This document shows, piece after piece, positions 43,750 to 53,650 of a stretch of 64,000 bases of DNA. Made by a program: the position numbers and the translations under genes. Source of the stretch: Deltaproteobacteria bacterium (GTDB taxonomy: Bacteria > Desulfobacterota > Binatia > UBA9968 > JAJDTQ01); assembly GCA_028818775.1 (NCBI GenBank), contig JAPPNE010000039.1, forward strand, positions 8 to 64,007, given 5' to 3'. How positions within the stretch are numbered: position 1 is the stretch's first letter; the number at the start of each line of letters is the position of its first letter. The notes below the pieces were generated by a model, which was not told where the DNA came from, did not search any database, and saw only the letters and a program-made list of their open reading frames with translations.

Positions 43750-44513
43750 AACTGTCTGAACGCATCGCGCTCGTTACGGGGGCGGCCACCGGCATCGGCC
43801 GGGCAACGGTCCTGGAACTGGCCCGCGCCGGCGCCGCCGGCGTGGCCATCAACTACCGCTCGGCCAAGGAGCAGGCGGAGAGCTTGGCCGAAGAGGTGCG
43901 GGCGCTGGGGGCCGAGGCGCTGTGCGTGCACGGCGATGTGCGCGACGACGGCCACGTCCGCGAAATGGTCCGTCAGACGGTGGAGCGGTTCGGGCGCCTG
44001 GACATTTTGGTGAACAACGCGGGCATCACCCGTTGGGTGCCGATCACGGACATGGAGGCGTTGACGGACGACATCTGGGACATGACCCTGGACGTCAACG
44101 TCAAGGGGGCGTACCGCTGCGCGCGGGCGGCGGCGCCGCACCTGAAGGCCACCGGGGGGATGATCGTCAACGTGTCCTCCATCTCCGGGGTCATCGCGCC
44201 TTCCACCATGTCGTCCCTCGCCTACGGCACGGCCAAGGCCGGGCTCATCTACCTTACCCGTGGGCTAGCCGTGGCCCTGGGGCCCGAGATCCGGGTCAAC
44301 GCCGTGGCGCCGGCGTTCACCGACACCCAGTGGATGCGCGACCACTACGGCGCGGATTACGACGCCATCATCGAGCGCGCCTCGGCCAACTATCCCCTCA
44401 GGCGCGTGGCCAAACCCGAAGAGGTGGCCGGCGCCGTCCTGGGCCTCATCACCGGCGGCGACTTCGTGACCGGCCAGACCCTGCTCGTTGACGGCGGCCT
44501 GAGCCTGAGCTAG
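43746..44513 (+). CDS. SDR family oxidoreductase
   Basis: TGAATGIGRA Rossmann motif, NNAG and YxxxK. GTG start overlaps the hyuB stop (GTGA). Confidence 0.8.
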   Translation: MKLSERIALVTGAATGIGRATVLELARAGAAGVAINYRSAKEQAESLAEEVRALGAEALCVHGDVRDDGHVREMVRQTVERFGRLDILVNNAGITRWVPITDMEALTDDIWDMTLDVNVKGAYRCARAAAPHLKATGGMIVNVSSISGVIAPSTMSSLAYGTAKAGLIYLTRGLAVALGPEIRVNAVAPAFTDTQWMRDHYGADYDAIIERASANYPLRRVAKPEEVAGAVLGLITGGDFVTGQTLLVDGGLSLS

Positions 44514-44554
44514 CCCGTCCGTCCATCGATTCGCGGACACGAAAGAGTGTCACC

Positions 44555-45181
44555 ATGACCAAGACCGAGTTGATGACCTCGATGCAGGCGCACCGGCTGG
44601 TGGCGGTGATTCGTTCGAGGAGCGCAGAGGAGGCGCTGGCCACGGCCCGGGCCGTGGGCGAGGCCGGGGTCCGGTTCGTGGAGGTGACCTTCACCGTCCC
44701 GGGGGCCGCGGAGGTGATCCGCACGCTGGCCGGAGAAGGGGAGGTGCACGTCGGCGCCGGCACGGTGCTCTCCGAGGAGCAGGCGCGCACCGGTATCGAG
44801 GCGGGCGCGCGCTTCATCGTCTCGCCGAGCCTGGAGCTGGACCTTGTGCCGCTTTGCCGCGAGGCCGGCGTGGCCTCCATCCCCGCCGGGGCGACCCCGA
44901 CGGAGGTCGTGCAGGCGTTGCGCGCAGGCGCCGACCTGGTGAAGATCTTCCCCGCGGACTGCGTGGGCGGGCCGCATTTCATCCGGCAGATGCTGGGCCC
45001 CTTCCCCGATGCCCGCTTCATGGTCTCGGGCGGCGTCAACAAGGACAACGTCGCCGAGTACGCCACCTTGGGGGTCACCGGCATCGTGCTCGGCAGCGCG
45101 TTCCTGGCGGACGTGTTGGCACGGGAGGGCCACGCGGGGCTCGTGGCCAAGGCACGGGAGTTCGTGGATCTGCTCAGTTGA
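44555..45181 (+). CDS. eda: KDPG / 4-hydroxy-2-oxoglutarate aldolase
   Basis: Eda-like motifs (LVAVIR, GAGTV, KIFPA). Confidence 0.85.
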   Translation: MTKTELMTSMQAHRLVAVIRSRSAEEALATARAVGEAGVRFVEVTFTVPGAAEVIRTLAGEGEVHVGAGTVLSEEQARTGIEAGARFIVSPSLELDLVPLCREAGVASIPAGATPTEVVQALRAGADLVKIFPADCVGGPHFIRQMLGPFPDARFMVSGGVNKDNVAEYATLGVTGIVLGSAFLADVLAREGHAGLVAKAREFVDLLS

Positions 45182-45860
45182 GAGTGCGCGACCCGGAGCC
45201 GGACGGCGGCGCCGGCGCGTCCCCCCCGAACTCCAGGAGGCTGACGAGCAAATCTTGCCGTTCCCTGAGGGACCCGGCTTCCAGGAGCGCCTGCTTCTCC
45301 GATGGGTGGAAAGGCATGGCGACGCCCAGAAAGTTCACGAAGTCGGCGTCGGGTATGGGGCGGAGCTGGCCCAGGTCGACGGAGAGGCCGCGGGCCTCGG
45401 CGTAGCGGCTCAAGGCCTGGGTCAGGCGCGGACGATCGACGGCTTCCGAGGCGGCGTCAGCGAGGTCGCCGAAACTCGTGTAGTCCGGGAGCACACGCCG
45501 GTAGCCGCGTTCCACGGACAACTCTTCCTTCACGCGGAAGCGGCTGATACCCCGAAGCTGCACCATGTAGCGGCCGTCCGGAGACTTTTCCCATCGTTCG
45601 ATGTGGCCGGCGCAGCCGACCTCGTAGAGATCCGGCATGGTGTGCTCGGCCCCCGGCGGGGGCCTGTTGTCTTTTTGGGGGGTGAAGGGTTGGATCATGC
45701 CGAAGACCCCCTCGGCCTCCAGCGCGTCCTGCACCATGTTGCGGTAACGGGGCTCGAAGATGTGCAACGGCAGGCGCGTCCCGGGCAGCAGCAGCACCCC
45801 CGTCAACGGGAAGACCGAGAGAATTTCGGGCAACGAGACGGACGCCGTTTTGTCTTCCAT
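45174..45860 (-). CDS. Lon N-terminal (LON substrate-binding, PUA-like) domain protein
   Basis: Stand-alone LON_N domain (about 228 aa) with an AGGAGGG RBS before the ATG at 45860. Confidence 0.7.
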   Translation of the reverse strand: MEDKTASVSLPEILSVFPLTGVLLLPGTRLPLHIFEPRYRNMVQDALEAEGVFGMIQPFTPQKDNRPPPGAEHTMPDLYEVGCAGHIERWEKSPDGRYMVQLRGISRFRVKEELSVERGYRRVLPDYTSFGDLADAASEAVDRPRLTQALSRYAEARGLSVDLGQLRPIPDADFVNFLGVAMPFHPSEKQALLEAGSLRERQDLLVSLLEFGGDAPAPPSGSGSRTLN

Positions 45861-45947
45861 GCGCAACCCTCCTGTTACCGTCGATTATAGGGCTTCGCTT
45901 TTCCCCGTCAACCGGGTCTCATCCAAATTGGGGAACTTGGTGTGGTG

Positions 45948-46616
45948 TCAGGCGTATTCGTCGTAGATCCCCTCGAACTTCGCCAGCTTGAAGCGCACCA
46001 TGTTGCGCGCCGCGTGGGTCACCACCTGGCGGTCGCGCTCGGTGGTGCAGAAGCGCGCGATGACCTGGGCCGCCAGCGCGGTGTGCTCCTGGTCCGCCAC
46101 CGCGTGCACGGTGAAGAATTCCCGGTCGTGGTCGTTGACGCCGTACTGCCGCGCAAGGCAGGCGTCGAACTCCGCCGCGTAACGGCCCACCATGCTCTCG
46201 TTCACCAGCGCGCTGGTGCGGGTCTCCGCCGGCGAGCCCAGGAACATGCCTCTGAGAATGGCCGCGGCGTGGGCCTGGCATTCGAAGATGGGCAGCGCCT
46301 CGGCGAAGTCCTCTTCGGCGAGGCCGATGGCGAGGCCGAAGCGCTTCATCAGGTCGGGATGGGTCTGTTCTTCCGTGAAGGCGTGCAGATAGAGGTCGAA
46401 GAGCTCTTGGTTGTGGGCGTTCTTGGCCATGCACAGGGTGAACCCCTTGTTGATGGCGATGTTGAGCAGGTAATGCTGCAGCGCGAAGCCCTGGAGCCGG
46501 CGGGTGGTCAAGGTGCCCTCGCGCAGGTCCGTGAAATAACGGCAGGCCATCAACCGCTCGACGCCCGGTTGAATGATCCCCTCCGTGACCGAGTCCACAA
46601 ATGCTTGAGAAGTCAT
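45948..46616 (-). CDS. TenA/PqqC-like (heme-oxygenase-like fold) protein
   Basis: All-helical 222-aa protein with TenA/PqqC-like conserved His/Glu positions. Confidence 0.55.
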   Translation of the reverse strand: MTSQAFVDSVTEGIIQPGVERLMACRYFTDLREGTLTTRRLQGFALQHYLLNIAINKGFTLCMAKNAHNQELFDLYLHAFTEEQTHPDLMKRFGLAIGLAEEDFAEALPIFECQAHAAAILRGMFLGSPAETRTSALVNESMVGRYAAEFDACLARQYGVNDHDREFFTVHAVADQEHTALAAQVIARFCTTERDRQVVTHAARNMVRFKLAKFEGIYDEYA

Positions 46617-46728
46617 GACGCCCGCGACCCTAATGAAACGGGCGCGGTGCTGTCAAGCGCCGCCGCCGGTTGAAGAGGGCGGCGAAACAGGGAATAGTAA
46701 CCGGACACCCGCCGAAAGGAGCGCCGCC

Positions 46729-47898
46729 ATGTGGAAGGGATTCAAGGTCATGGACGCGGACGCGCACATGCACGAGCCGCAGTATCTCTGGGAGCGCTAC
46801 GTCGAGCCCGCCTACCGCGACCAAGTGCCCAAGGTGGCGTTCATGGACGGCGCCTTCATGGTGTACGAGCCGGACGGGCGCATCATCCCCAAGACGGAGA
46901 AGCAGCCCAAGCTGCCGCGCACCGCGTGGGCGGACATGGAGGCAAAGTACGGAGAGCAGTACCGCACGTGGTGGTCGGCGGAAACGCGCCTGAAGGACAT
47001 GGACGCCCACGGCTGGGACGTGCAGGTGCTGCTGCCCACTGGCAACAACGGCAACTTCGCCTACCGCGTGGCGCTGAAAGACGCCGGGCTGGGCGCCGCC
47101 ATGTGCCGGGCCTACAACAACTGGTGTAGGGACTACTGCGACGCCGATCCCAAGCGGCTCAAGTTCGTGGCGGTGCTGCCGGGCGCGGACACCGGGGACA
47201 TGGTGGCGGAGGCGCGGCGCGCGGTGGAGGAGCTGGGCGCCGTATCGGTGCGCAACCCCTTCCTGCCCGAGGGCCGCTGGCTCCACGAGCCCGAGTACGA
47301 CGCGCTGTGGGGGCTGGCGTGCGAGCTGGACTTCCCCATCTCCGTGCACGGCGAGTACCGCCAGCGCCGCTTCCACCCCTTCGCCGGCGGCAACCGCGGC
47401 AACGTGGACGACCGCGACATGCAGCAGCTCGCCCTGCGCGGCCTCGACCACGCGCTGGGCTTCCCGTGCGACAACATGGCCACCATGGGGCACTTCATCT
47501 TCACCGGCATCCTCGACCGCTTCCCCAGGCTGCGCCTGGGCATCCTCGAGTCCAACGTCGGCTGGGTGCCTTTCTGGCTCGGGCGGATGGACGAGCACAC
47601 CCACGGGCGCAACAGCGTCATGGGCAACGCGGTGGAGCGCCTGCCCATGCTGCCGAGCGAGTACTTCAAGCGCCAGGTCACGGTGACCTGCGACAGCGAC
47701 GAGAGCGCGCTGTCCTACGCGGTGGACCACCTGGGCGGCGAGAACATCGCGTGGAACACCGACTATCCGCATCCGGACGCGCCGCGGCCGGAGAAGGCGC
47801 TGCCGGACTTCGACGCACAACCGATTTCGGACGAGGCCAAGGCCAGGATCCTGTGGGACAACGCGGTCACGCTTTTCGGTCCCCGCATCCTGGCATAG
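46729..47898 (+). CDS. Amidohydrolase-2 family metal-dependent hydrolase/decarboxylase (paralog 3)
   Basis: MDADAHMHEP metal motif and an AAAGGAG RBS. Confidence 0.8.
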   Translation: MWKGFKVMDADAHMHEPQYLWERYVEPAYRDQVPKVAFMDGAFMVYEPDGRIIPKTEKQPKLPRTAWADMEAKYGEQYRTWWSAETRLKDMDAHGWDVQVLLPTGNNGNFAYRVALKDAGLGAAMCRAYNNWCRDYCDADPKRLKFVAVLPGADTGDMVAEARRAVEELGAVSVRNPFLPEGRWLHEPEYDALWGLACELDFPISVHGEYRQRRFHPFAGGNRGNVDDRDMQQLALRGLDHALGFPCDNMATMGHFIFTGILDRFPRLRLGILESNVGWVPFWLGRMDEHTHGRNSVMGNAVERLPMLPSEYFKRQVTVTCDSDESALSYAVDHLGGENIAWNTDYPHPDAPRPEKALPDFDAQPISDEAKARILWDNAVTLFGPRILA

Positions 47899-47957
47899 CA
47901 GGACTCTGATCAAACGTGGCGGCGTCCGGTGCCGGCCGCCGCGCACGCGAGCGACAC

Positions 47958-49418
47958 ATGGACGAGATTCGATTCGTAGACACGACGTTGCGCGACGGCC
48001 ACCAGAGCCTCTGGGCCGAGCGCATGACCACGGGCATGATGCTGCCGGTGGCCCAGACCATGGACGAGGCCGGCTTCGACGCCATCGAGCTGATGTCCGC
48101 GTCCCACCTCAAGAAGTGCGTGCGCGAGCTCAAGGAGGACCCTTGGGACCGGGTGCGCATGGTGGCGGAGCGCGTCACGCGGACGCCGCTGCGGCTCATG
48201 GCCGGGCGGGTCAACGCCTTCGAGATCACGCCCGTCTCGGTGTACGAGCTGTTCATCGAGCGCATGGCGGCCAACGGCATCCGCCAGGCGCGCATCTCCG
48301 AGGAGTGGAACGAGCTGGAAGGGTGGCGGCGCAAGGTCGGCATCGCGCGCAAGAACGGCCTGGAGCCCATCGTCAACCTGATCTACTCGGTGTCGCCCAA
48401 GCACACCGACGCGTACTACGCGCGCAAGACACGCGAGGCCGCCTCCCTGGGGGTGCCGTTCCTGTGCCTCAAGGACCCCGGCGGCCTGCTCACCCCGGAG
48501 CGCACGCGCACCCTCGTGCCCATGATCTTCGAGAACGCCGGCGGCATCCCGGTGGAGCTGCACACCCACTGCACCACCGGCCTGGGTCCGCTGTGCTGCC
48601 TGGAGGCGGTGAAGCTCGGCGTGCGCACGGTGAACACGGCCGTGCCGCCGCTGGCCAACGCTTCGTCGAACCCGTCGGTGTTCAGTGTCGCCGCCAACCT
48701 GCGCGCCCTGGGCTACACGTGCGCCGTGGACACGGACGCGCTGGAGGAAGTGTCGGAGTTCTTCACCGCCGTGGCGCAACAGGAGGGCTTCCCCATCGGC
48801 GTGCCGGTGGAGTACGACTACGCCCAGTACCAGCACCAGGTCCCCGGCGGCATGATCTCGAACCTGCGCCACCAGCTCGCCAAGGTGGGGCTGGAGCACA
48901 AGGCGGAGGAGGCCCTCGACGAGGTGGTGCGGGTGCGGGCGGACCTGGGCTACCCCATCATGGTGACGCCGCTGTCGCAGTTCGTGGGCAGCCAGGCGGC
49001 CATCAACGTCATCGTCGGCGGGCGCTACGAGGAGGTCACCGACCAGATCATCCAGTACGCGCTGGGGCTCTGGGGCAGGGAAGGCGCCGACACCATGGAC
49101 CCGGACGTGAAGCACAAGATACTGGACCGCCCCCGCGGCAAGGAGATGGCCCGGTGGGTGCCGCCGGACCTCACCATCCAGGAAGTGCGGCGCAAGCTCG
49201 GCGGCCCGGGCGTCACCGACGAAGAGCTGCTCTTGCGATGGATGCTGAGCGAGGAGGAGATCGCCGTCATGCGTGCCGCCGGCCCGCCGCGGGAGTACCG
49301 GAACGCCCGCACGCCCATGGTGACGCTCATGGAACAATTGGCCCACCGCGGCCGCTACCACGACATCCACGTGCGCCGTCCGGGCCTGTCGCTGTCGCTG
49401 CAGCGGGGCGGGGCGTAG
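47958..49418 (+). CDS. Carboxyltransferase (pyruvate carboxylase subunit B / oxaloacetate decarboxylase alpha-like) lacking a biotinyl domain
   Basis: HMGL-like TIM barrel (FVDTTLRDGHQS) plus a conserved carboxylase domain. No AMKM biotin-attachment motif at the C-terminus. Confidence 0.75.
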   Translation: MDEIRFVDTTLRDGHQSLWAERMTTGMMLPVAQTMDEAGFDAIELMSASHLKKCVRELKEDPWDRVRMVAERVTRTPLRLMAGRVNAFEITPVSVYELFIERMAANGIRQARISEEWNELEGWRRKVGIARKNGLEPIVNLIYSVSPKHTDAYYARKTREAASLGVPFLCLKDPGGLLTPERTRTLVPMIFENAGGIPVELHTHCTTGLGPLCCLEAVKLGVRTVNTAVPPLANASSNPSVFSVAANLRALGYTCAVDTDALEEVSEFFTAVAQQEGFPIGVPVEYDYAQYQHQVPGGMISNLRHQLAKVGLEHKAEEALDEVVRVRADLGYPIMVTPLSQFVGSQAAINVIVGGRYEEVTDQIIQYALGLWGREGADTMDPDVKHKILDRPRGKEMARWVPPDLTIQEVRRKLGGPGVTDEELLLRWMLSEEEIAVMRAAGPPREYRNARTPMVTLMEQLAHRGRYHDIHVRRPGLSLSLQRGGA

Positions 49419-49440
49419 CCACAGACAGGAGGGGACACCC

Positions 49441-49923
49441 ATGCCGGACCTGACAACCCTCGGACGTACGGTGGGCGAGCTGCTCAAGGAGCGGAACGAG
49501 ACCGTGGCGGTGGCCGAATCGTCCACCGGCGGCCTGATTTCGGCGGCGCTGCTGTCATTGCCCGGAGCCTCCGCCTACTTCGTCGGCGGGGGCGTGATCT
49601 ATACCCGGCACGCGCGCGCGGGCCTGTTGATGATGCCCGAGAGCGAGGTGGCGGTGCGCGGCAGCACCGAATCCTACGCGTTGAACATGGCGCGCCTCAT
49701 CCAGGGACGGTTGAACACCACCTGGGGTCTTTCGGAAAGCGGCGCCACCGGACCCACCGGGAACCGCTACGGCGATGCCGCCGGCCATAGTTGCATGGCC
49801 ATCGTCGGTCCCGTGGAAAAGGCCATCACCATCGAGACAGGCCGGCCCGACCGGGAAGCCAACATGTGGGCCTTCACGGAGGCAGCGCTGGGACTGCTGG
49901 AGGAAGCGCTCCGCCAGGGCTAG
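49441..49923 (+). CDS. CinA C-terminal domain protein (PncC-like NMN deamidase)
   Basis: VAVAESSTGGLI motif and an AGGAGGGG RBS. Confidence 0.85.
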   Translation: MPDLTTLGRTVGELLKERNETVAVAESSTGGLISAALLSLPGASAYFVGGGVIYTRHARAGLLMMPESEVAVRGSTESYALNMARLIQGRLNTTWGLSESGATGPTGNRYGDAAGHSCMAIVGPVEKAITIETGRPDREANMWAFTEAALGLLEEALRQG

Positions 49924-49984
49924 CGCGGTGTGCCAGGTGAATCCCGGTGCGGCAACGACGAACGAGCGCCGTGGAAGCGAGGAC

Positions 49985-51310
49985 ATGAACCCCGTGGACG
50001 ACCTCAAGGCCGAGGCCTGCCGCGTCATCGACGCGCGCCGGGAGGAGATCATCGACCTCGGGGAAGCCATCCTGCGGCAGCCGGAGACGGGCTTCAACGA
50101 GGTCAAGACCGCCGAGTTCATCGCCGGCCGGCTCCGGTCTCTTGGTCTGGAGCCGCAACGGGGCCTCGCCGTCACCGGCGTCAAGGGCCGCAAGGACTGT
50201 GCCCGGCCCGGTCCGGCGCTGGCCATTCTCGGGGAGCTGGACGCGCTCAAGGTGTTCGACCATCCCCATGCCGACCCGGACACGGGTGCGGCTCACGCCT
50301 GCGGACACAACGCGCAGGTGGCGGGCATGGTGGGCGCGGCCATGGGGCTGCTGTCCGCCAAGGTGTTGCCGCGGCTTGCCGGCGCGCTGGTCTTCTTCGC
50401 GGTGCCGGCCGAGGAGATGATCGACGTGGACGAGCGCCTGGAGCGCAAGGCGCGGAACGAGATCGAGTTCCTCGCCGGCAAGGCGGAGCTCATCCGGCTG
50501 GGCCATTTCGACGACGTGGACCTGGCGATGATGTTCCACACCAAGACCGACACCCTCGCCTCCCACGTGGCCGGGTCGTCCAACGGCGCCCTCATCAAGA
50601 AGATCCGCTTCATCGGCAAGGCGGCCCACGCCGGCGGCAGCCCGCAGACCGGCATCAACGCCCTCAACGCCGCCTCCCTGGCCATGACCGCCATCGCCTA
50701 CCAGCGCGAGACCTTCTACGACGACGACACCATCCGCATCCACCCCATCATCACCAAGGGCGGCGAGGCGGTGAGCGCGGTGCCGGCGGAGGTTAAGATC
50801 GAGACCTTCATTCGCGGCAAGACCATCGAAGGCATCGTCGACGCCAACCGCAAGGTGGACAACGCGCTGCGGGGCGCGGCCATGGCCGTGGGGGCGTCGG
50901 TGGAGATCGTGACGGTGCCGGGCTACCTGCCCCAGACCAACAACGAGACCATGGCGCGGCTCTGGGGCGGCAATGCCGAGCGGTTGTTCGGTGCGGGCGG
51001 CTTCAAGCGCACGACGGAGCACCGCACCAGCAGCACCGACTTCGGCGACGTCGCCCACATCATGCCGGCCGTGCATCCCTACGTGGCCGGCGCCTCCGGG
51101 GGCGGCCACACCAACAACTACCTGCTGGCGGACAAGGACTCGGTCTACGTGAAGTCGGCGAAGCTCTTGGCCATGACCGCCGTCGATCTGCTGTGCGACG
51201 ACGCGGCGGCGGCGCGCCGGATCGTCGAGGAAGACAAGCCGCGCATGTCCAGGCAGGAATACCTGGAGTTCCAGCGCAAGCTCGACGCCACGGAGGTATT
51301 TCGGCCTTGA
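49985..51310 (+). CDS. M20 family amidohydrolase/peptidase
   Basis: M20 motifs (HACGHN, metal-ligand Glu/His) and dimerisation domain. Confidence 0.85.
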   Translation: MNPVDDLKAEACRVIDARREEIIDLGEAILRQPETGFNEVKTAEFIAGRLRSLGLEPQRGLAVTGVKGRKDCARPGPALAILGELDALKVFDHPHADPDTGAAHACGHNAQVAGMVGAAMGLLSAKVLPRLAGALVFFAVPAEEMIDVDERLERKARNEIEFLAGKAELIRLGHFDDVDLAMMFHTKTDTLASHVAGSSNGALIKKIRFIGKAAHAGGSPQTGINALNAASLAMTAIAYQRETFYDDDTIRIHPIITKGGEAVSAVPAEVKIETFIRGKTIEGIVDANRKVDNALRGAAMAVGASVEIVTVPGYLPQTNNETMARLWGGNAERLFGAGGFKRTTEHRTSSTDFGDVAHIMPAVHPYVAGASGGGHTNNYLLADKDSVYVKSAKLLAMTAVDLLCDDAAAARRIVEEDKPRMSRQEYLEFQRKLDATEVFRP

Positions 51311-51394
51311 CGAGACCGGGGTGTCCGAGGCATCAGGACCGAATGAAGGAGCCGATCATGCATAAGCCGCCGTACCTCGCAAGCCTCAGGGAAT

Positions 51395-52126
51395 ATGCTC
51401 TGTGTTCTCGCGCTGGCAGGACTGATCCCGTTGCTCGCTTCCCCTGCCGAAGCGCAGAGCGGACTCTACCTGGCGGCGGACGTCGGGCTGGCGCGCGGTT
51501 CGACATCGGGCTTCGGGTCGGAGGTCAGAGGCGGCGACATCGACTTGAAGTCAGGACTCGGGTACAGCCTGGCCCTGGGCTTGGGCTGGCAAGGGCTTCG
51601 TCTCGAGGGTGAGGCCACTTGGCGGCAGACGGACATAGACGCCATCGACTACGACAGCCTCACCGTCGGTGGTCATCCGATCGTGGGTGATGTCCTCGGC
51701 CGTGTCAACCGGCAACTCAACCTGAAGGGGACCCGCACCACACTCGGTTTCATGGCCAACGCTTGGTACGACCTCGACCTGGGCTTGGGCTTGGCGCCGT
51801 ATTTCGGCGGCGGCCTGGGCGTCAACTACGTGCGCTACGACATCGACTTGCCCGTGGAGTTGCCGTCCTCGGTCGACAGTCAGCTCGGTCTTCCGCCGGG
51901 GACCGCCGGTATCCTCAACAATCTCGCGGGTGATGGCGGGGACTGGGTGCTCGCCTATCAGGTCGGTCTTGGGCTCGGGTACCGGCTGCTGGACTCCCTG
52001 GTCCTGCACTTGGGCTACCGGTACATGGGCGCCGGGGACGCCAAGGTCAAGTGGGGATACGGCGGCGCGGCCAAGTCCGAAGTTCAGAACCACGTCTTCC
52101 GCGCCGGGATCCGTATCGGATTCTGA
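51395..52126 (+). CDS. Outer-membrane beta-barrel protein with signal peptide
   Basis: Signal peptide ending AEA|Q, alternating Gly/aromatic beta-strands and a C-terminal aromatic residue (F). Confidence 0.65.
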   Translation: MLCVLALAGLIPLLASPAEAQSGLYLAADVGLARGSTSGFGSEVRGGDIDLKSGLGYSLALGLGWQGLRLEGEATWRQTDIDAIDYDSLTVGGHPIVGDVLGRVNRQLNLKGTRTTLGFMANAWYDLDLGLGLAPYFGGGLGVNYVRYDIDLPVELPSSVDSQLGLPPGTAGILNNLAGDGGDWVLAYQVGLGLGYRLLDSLVLHLGYRYMGAGDAKVKWGYGGAAKSEVQNHVFRAGIRIGF

Positions 52127-52198
52127 CCCCCCCGGTCCGAGGCCCGGGACCTGTCCGGCGTCCAGGCTCCCAAAGGGCGTACCGAGCGGGTTCGGCGA

Positions 52199-53572
52199 CT
52201 ACTGGTCCGCGGTCTTGTCGAAGTACTCCCGCGTGACCTTGAAGACCATCGGCGCCAGCAGCAACAGGCCGATGAGGTTGGGCACCGCCATCAGGCCGTT
52301 GAGGGTGTCCGACAGGTTCCACACGAAAGCCACCTTCACGTTGGCGAACGTCAGCGCCGCCAGCACCCACAGCGCACGGTAGACCAGCAGGCTGTTCTCG
52401 CTGAACAGGTACTGCCAGCAGCGCTCGCCGTAGTAGGACCACCCGAGGATGGTGGTGAAGGCGAAGACCGCCAGCGCCACGGTGACGACGTAGCCACCGC
52501 CCGTCACGGTGCTCTCGAAGCCGGCGGAGGTGAGCACCACGCCGGTGAGGCCGCCGCCGTCCGCACCCGTCAACGTCCAAGCCCCGGACGTCAGGATCAC
52601 CAGGGCCGTCATGGTGCACACGACGATGGTGTCGATGAAGGTCCCGAGCATGGCGATGATGCCCTGGCGCACCGGGCTGTTGGTCTGCGCCGCCGCGTGG
52701 GCGATGGCCGCGGAACCCAGGCCGGATTCGTTGGAAAACACGCCGCGCGCCACGCCGAACCGGATCGCCGCGGCTACCGCCGCTCCGGCGAAGCCCCCGG
52801 CCGCCGCGGCAGGCGTGAAGGCGTGGGTGAAGATCAGCGCGAAGGCCGCCGGCACCCCGGCGATGTTGATTATGATGATCAGCAGCGCGGCGCCGATGTA
52901 GAGCACGATCATGGCCGGCACCAGCTTGCCGGCGACTTCGCCGATGCGCTGGATTCCGCCGATGATCACGATGCCTACCAGCACGGCCACGATCACGCCG
53001 GTGATCCAGGTGGGGACGCCGAAGCTGTCACCGAGCGCCGCGGCCATGGAGTTGACCTGCACGGCGTTGCCGATGCCGAAGGCTGCCACCGCGCCGAAAA
53101 TGGCGAAAATAAGGCCCAGCCACTTGCCCAGCTCCGGGGCGAAATCGCCCACGCCGTTGCGCAGGTAGTACATGGGGCCGCCGACGTACTTGCCGTTCCC
53201 GTCCACCTCCCGGTAGGTGACCGCGCACACCGCCTCGGCGTACTTGGTGGCCATGCCGAACAGCGCGATGAGCCACATGTAGAAGATCGCGCCCGGACCG
53301 CCCAGCGCGATGGCCGTGGCCACGCCGGCGATGTTGCCGGTACCCACCGTGGCGGAAAGCGCCGTCATGAGCGCGTTGAAGGGCTTGACCTCGCCCTCGC
53401 CCACACTCCCGCTCTTGTCGAAGAGCAGCCGGAAGCCGTAGCCGACCTTGCGCCACGGCATGAACACCAGCCCGAGGGTCAGGAGCACGCCGGTCACGCC
53501 GAGCATGCCCAGCATTGGCGGACCCCAGGCGAAAGCGTTGACCGAATCGATGAGTGCGTTCAAACGATCCAT
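52199..53572 (-). CDS. Alanine/glycine:cation (Na+) symporter, AGCS family
   Basis: AGCS motifs (ATVGTGNIAGVA), multiple TM helices and a GGGAGGG RBS. Confidence 0.9.
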   Translation of the reverse strand: MDRLNALIDSVNAFAWGPPMLGMLGVTGVLLTLGLVFMPWRKVGYGFRLLFDKSGSVGEGEVKPFNALMTALSATVGTGNIAGVATAIALGGPGAIFYMWLIALFGMATKYAEAVCAVTYREVDGNGKYVGGPMYYLRNGVGDFAPELGKWLGLIFAIFGAVAAFGIGNAVQVNSMAAALGDSFGVPTWITGVIVAVLVGIVIIGGIQRIGEVAGKLVPAMIVLYIGAALLIIIINIAGVPAAFALIFTHAFTPAAAAGGFAGAAVAAAIRFGVARGVFSNESGLGSAAIAHAAAQTNSPVRQGIIAMLGTFIDTIVVCTMTALVILTSGAWTLTGADGGGLTGVVLTSAGFESTVTGGGYVVTVALAVFAFTTILGWSYYGERCWQYLFSENSLLVYRALWVLAALTFANVKVAFVWNLSDTLNGLMAVPNLIGLLLLAPMVFKVTREYFDKTADQ

Positions 53573-53650
53573 GGCATTCCCTCCCGGCTCGATTGTGCGC
53601 CGTGGCGCAATTCAGACCAACCCGTGGCACGTCTCAACTTTGCATTATGT

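Noticed and set aside
52127-52198. Short GC palindrome (gcccgggc) between the convergent OMP and AGCS genes as a bidirectional terminator
   Set aside because: The stem is only 4-8 bp with no U-tract; too weak to call.
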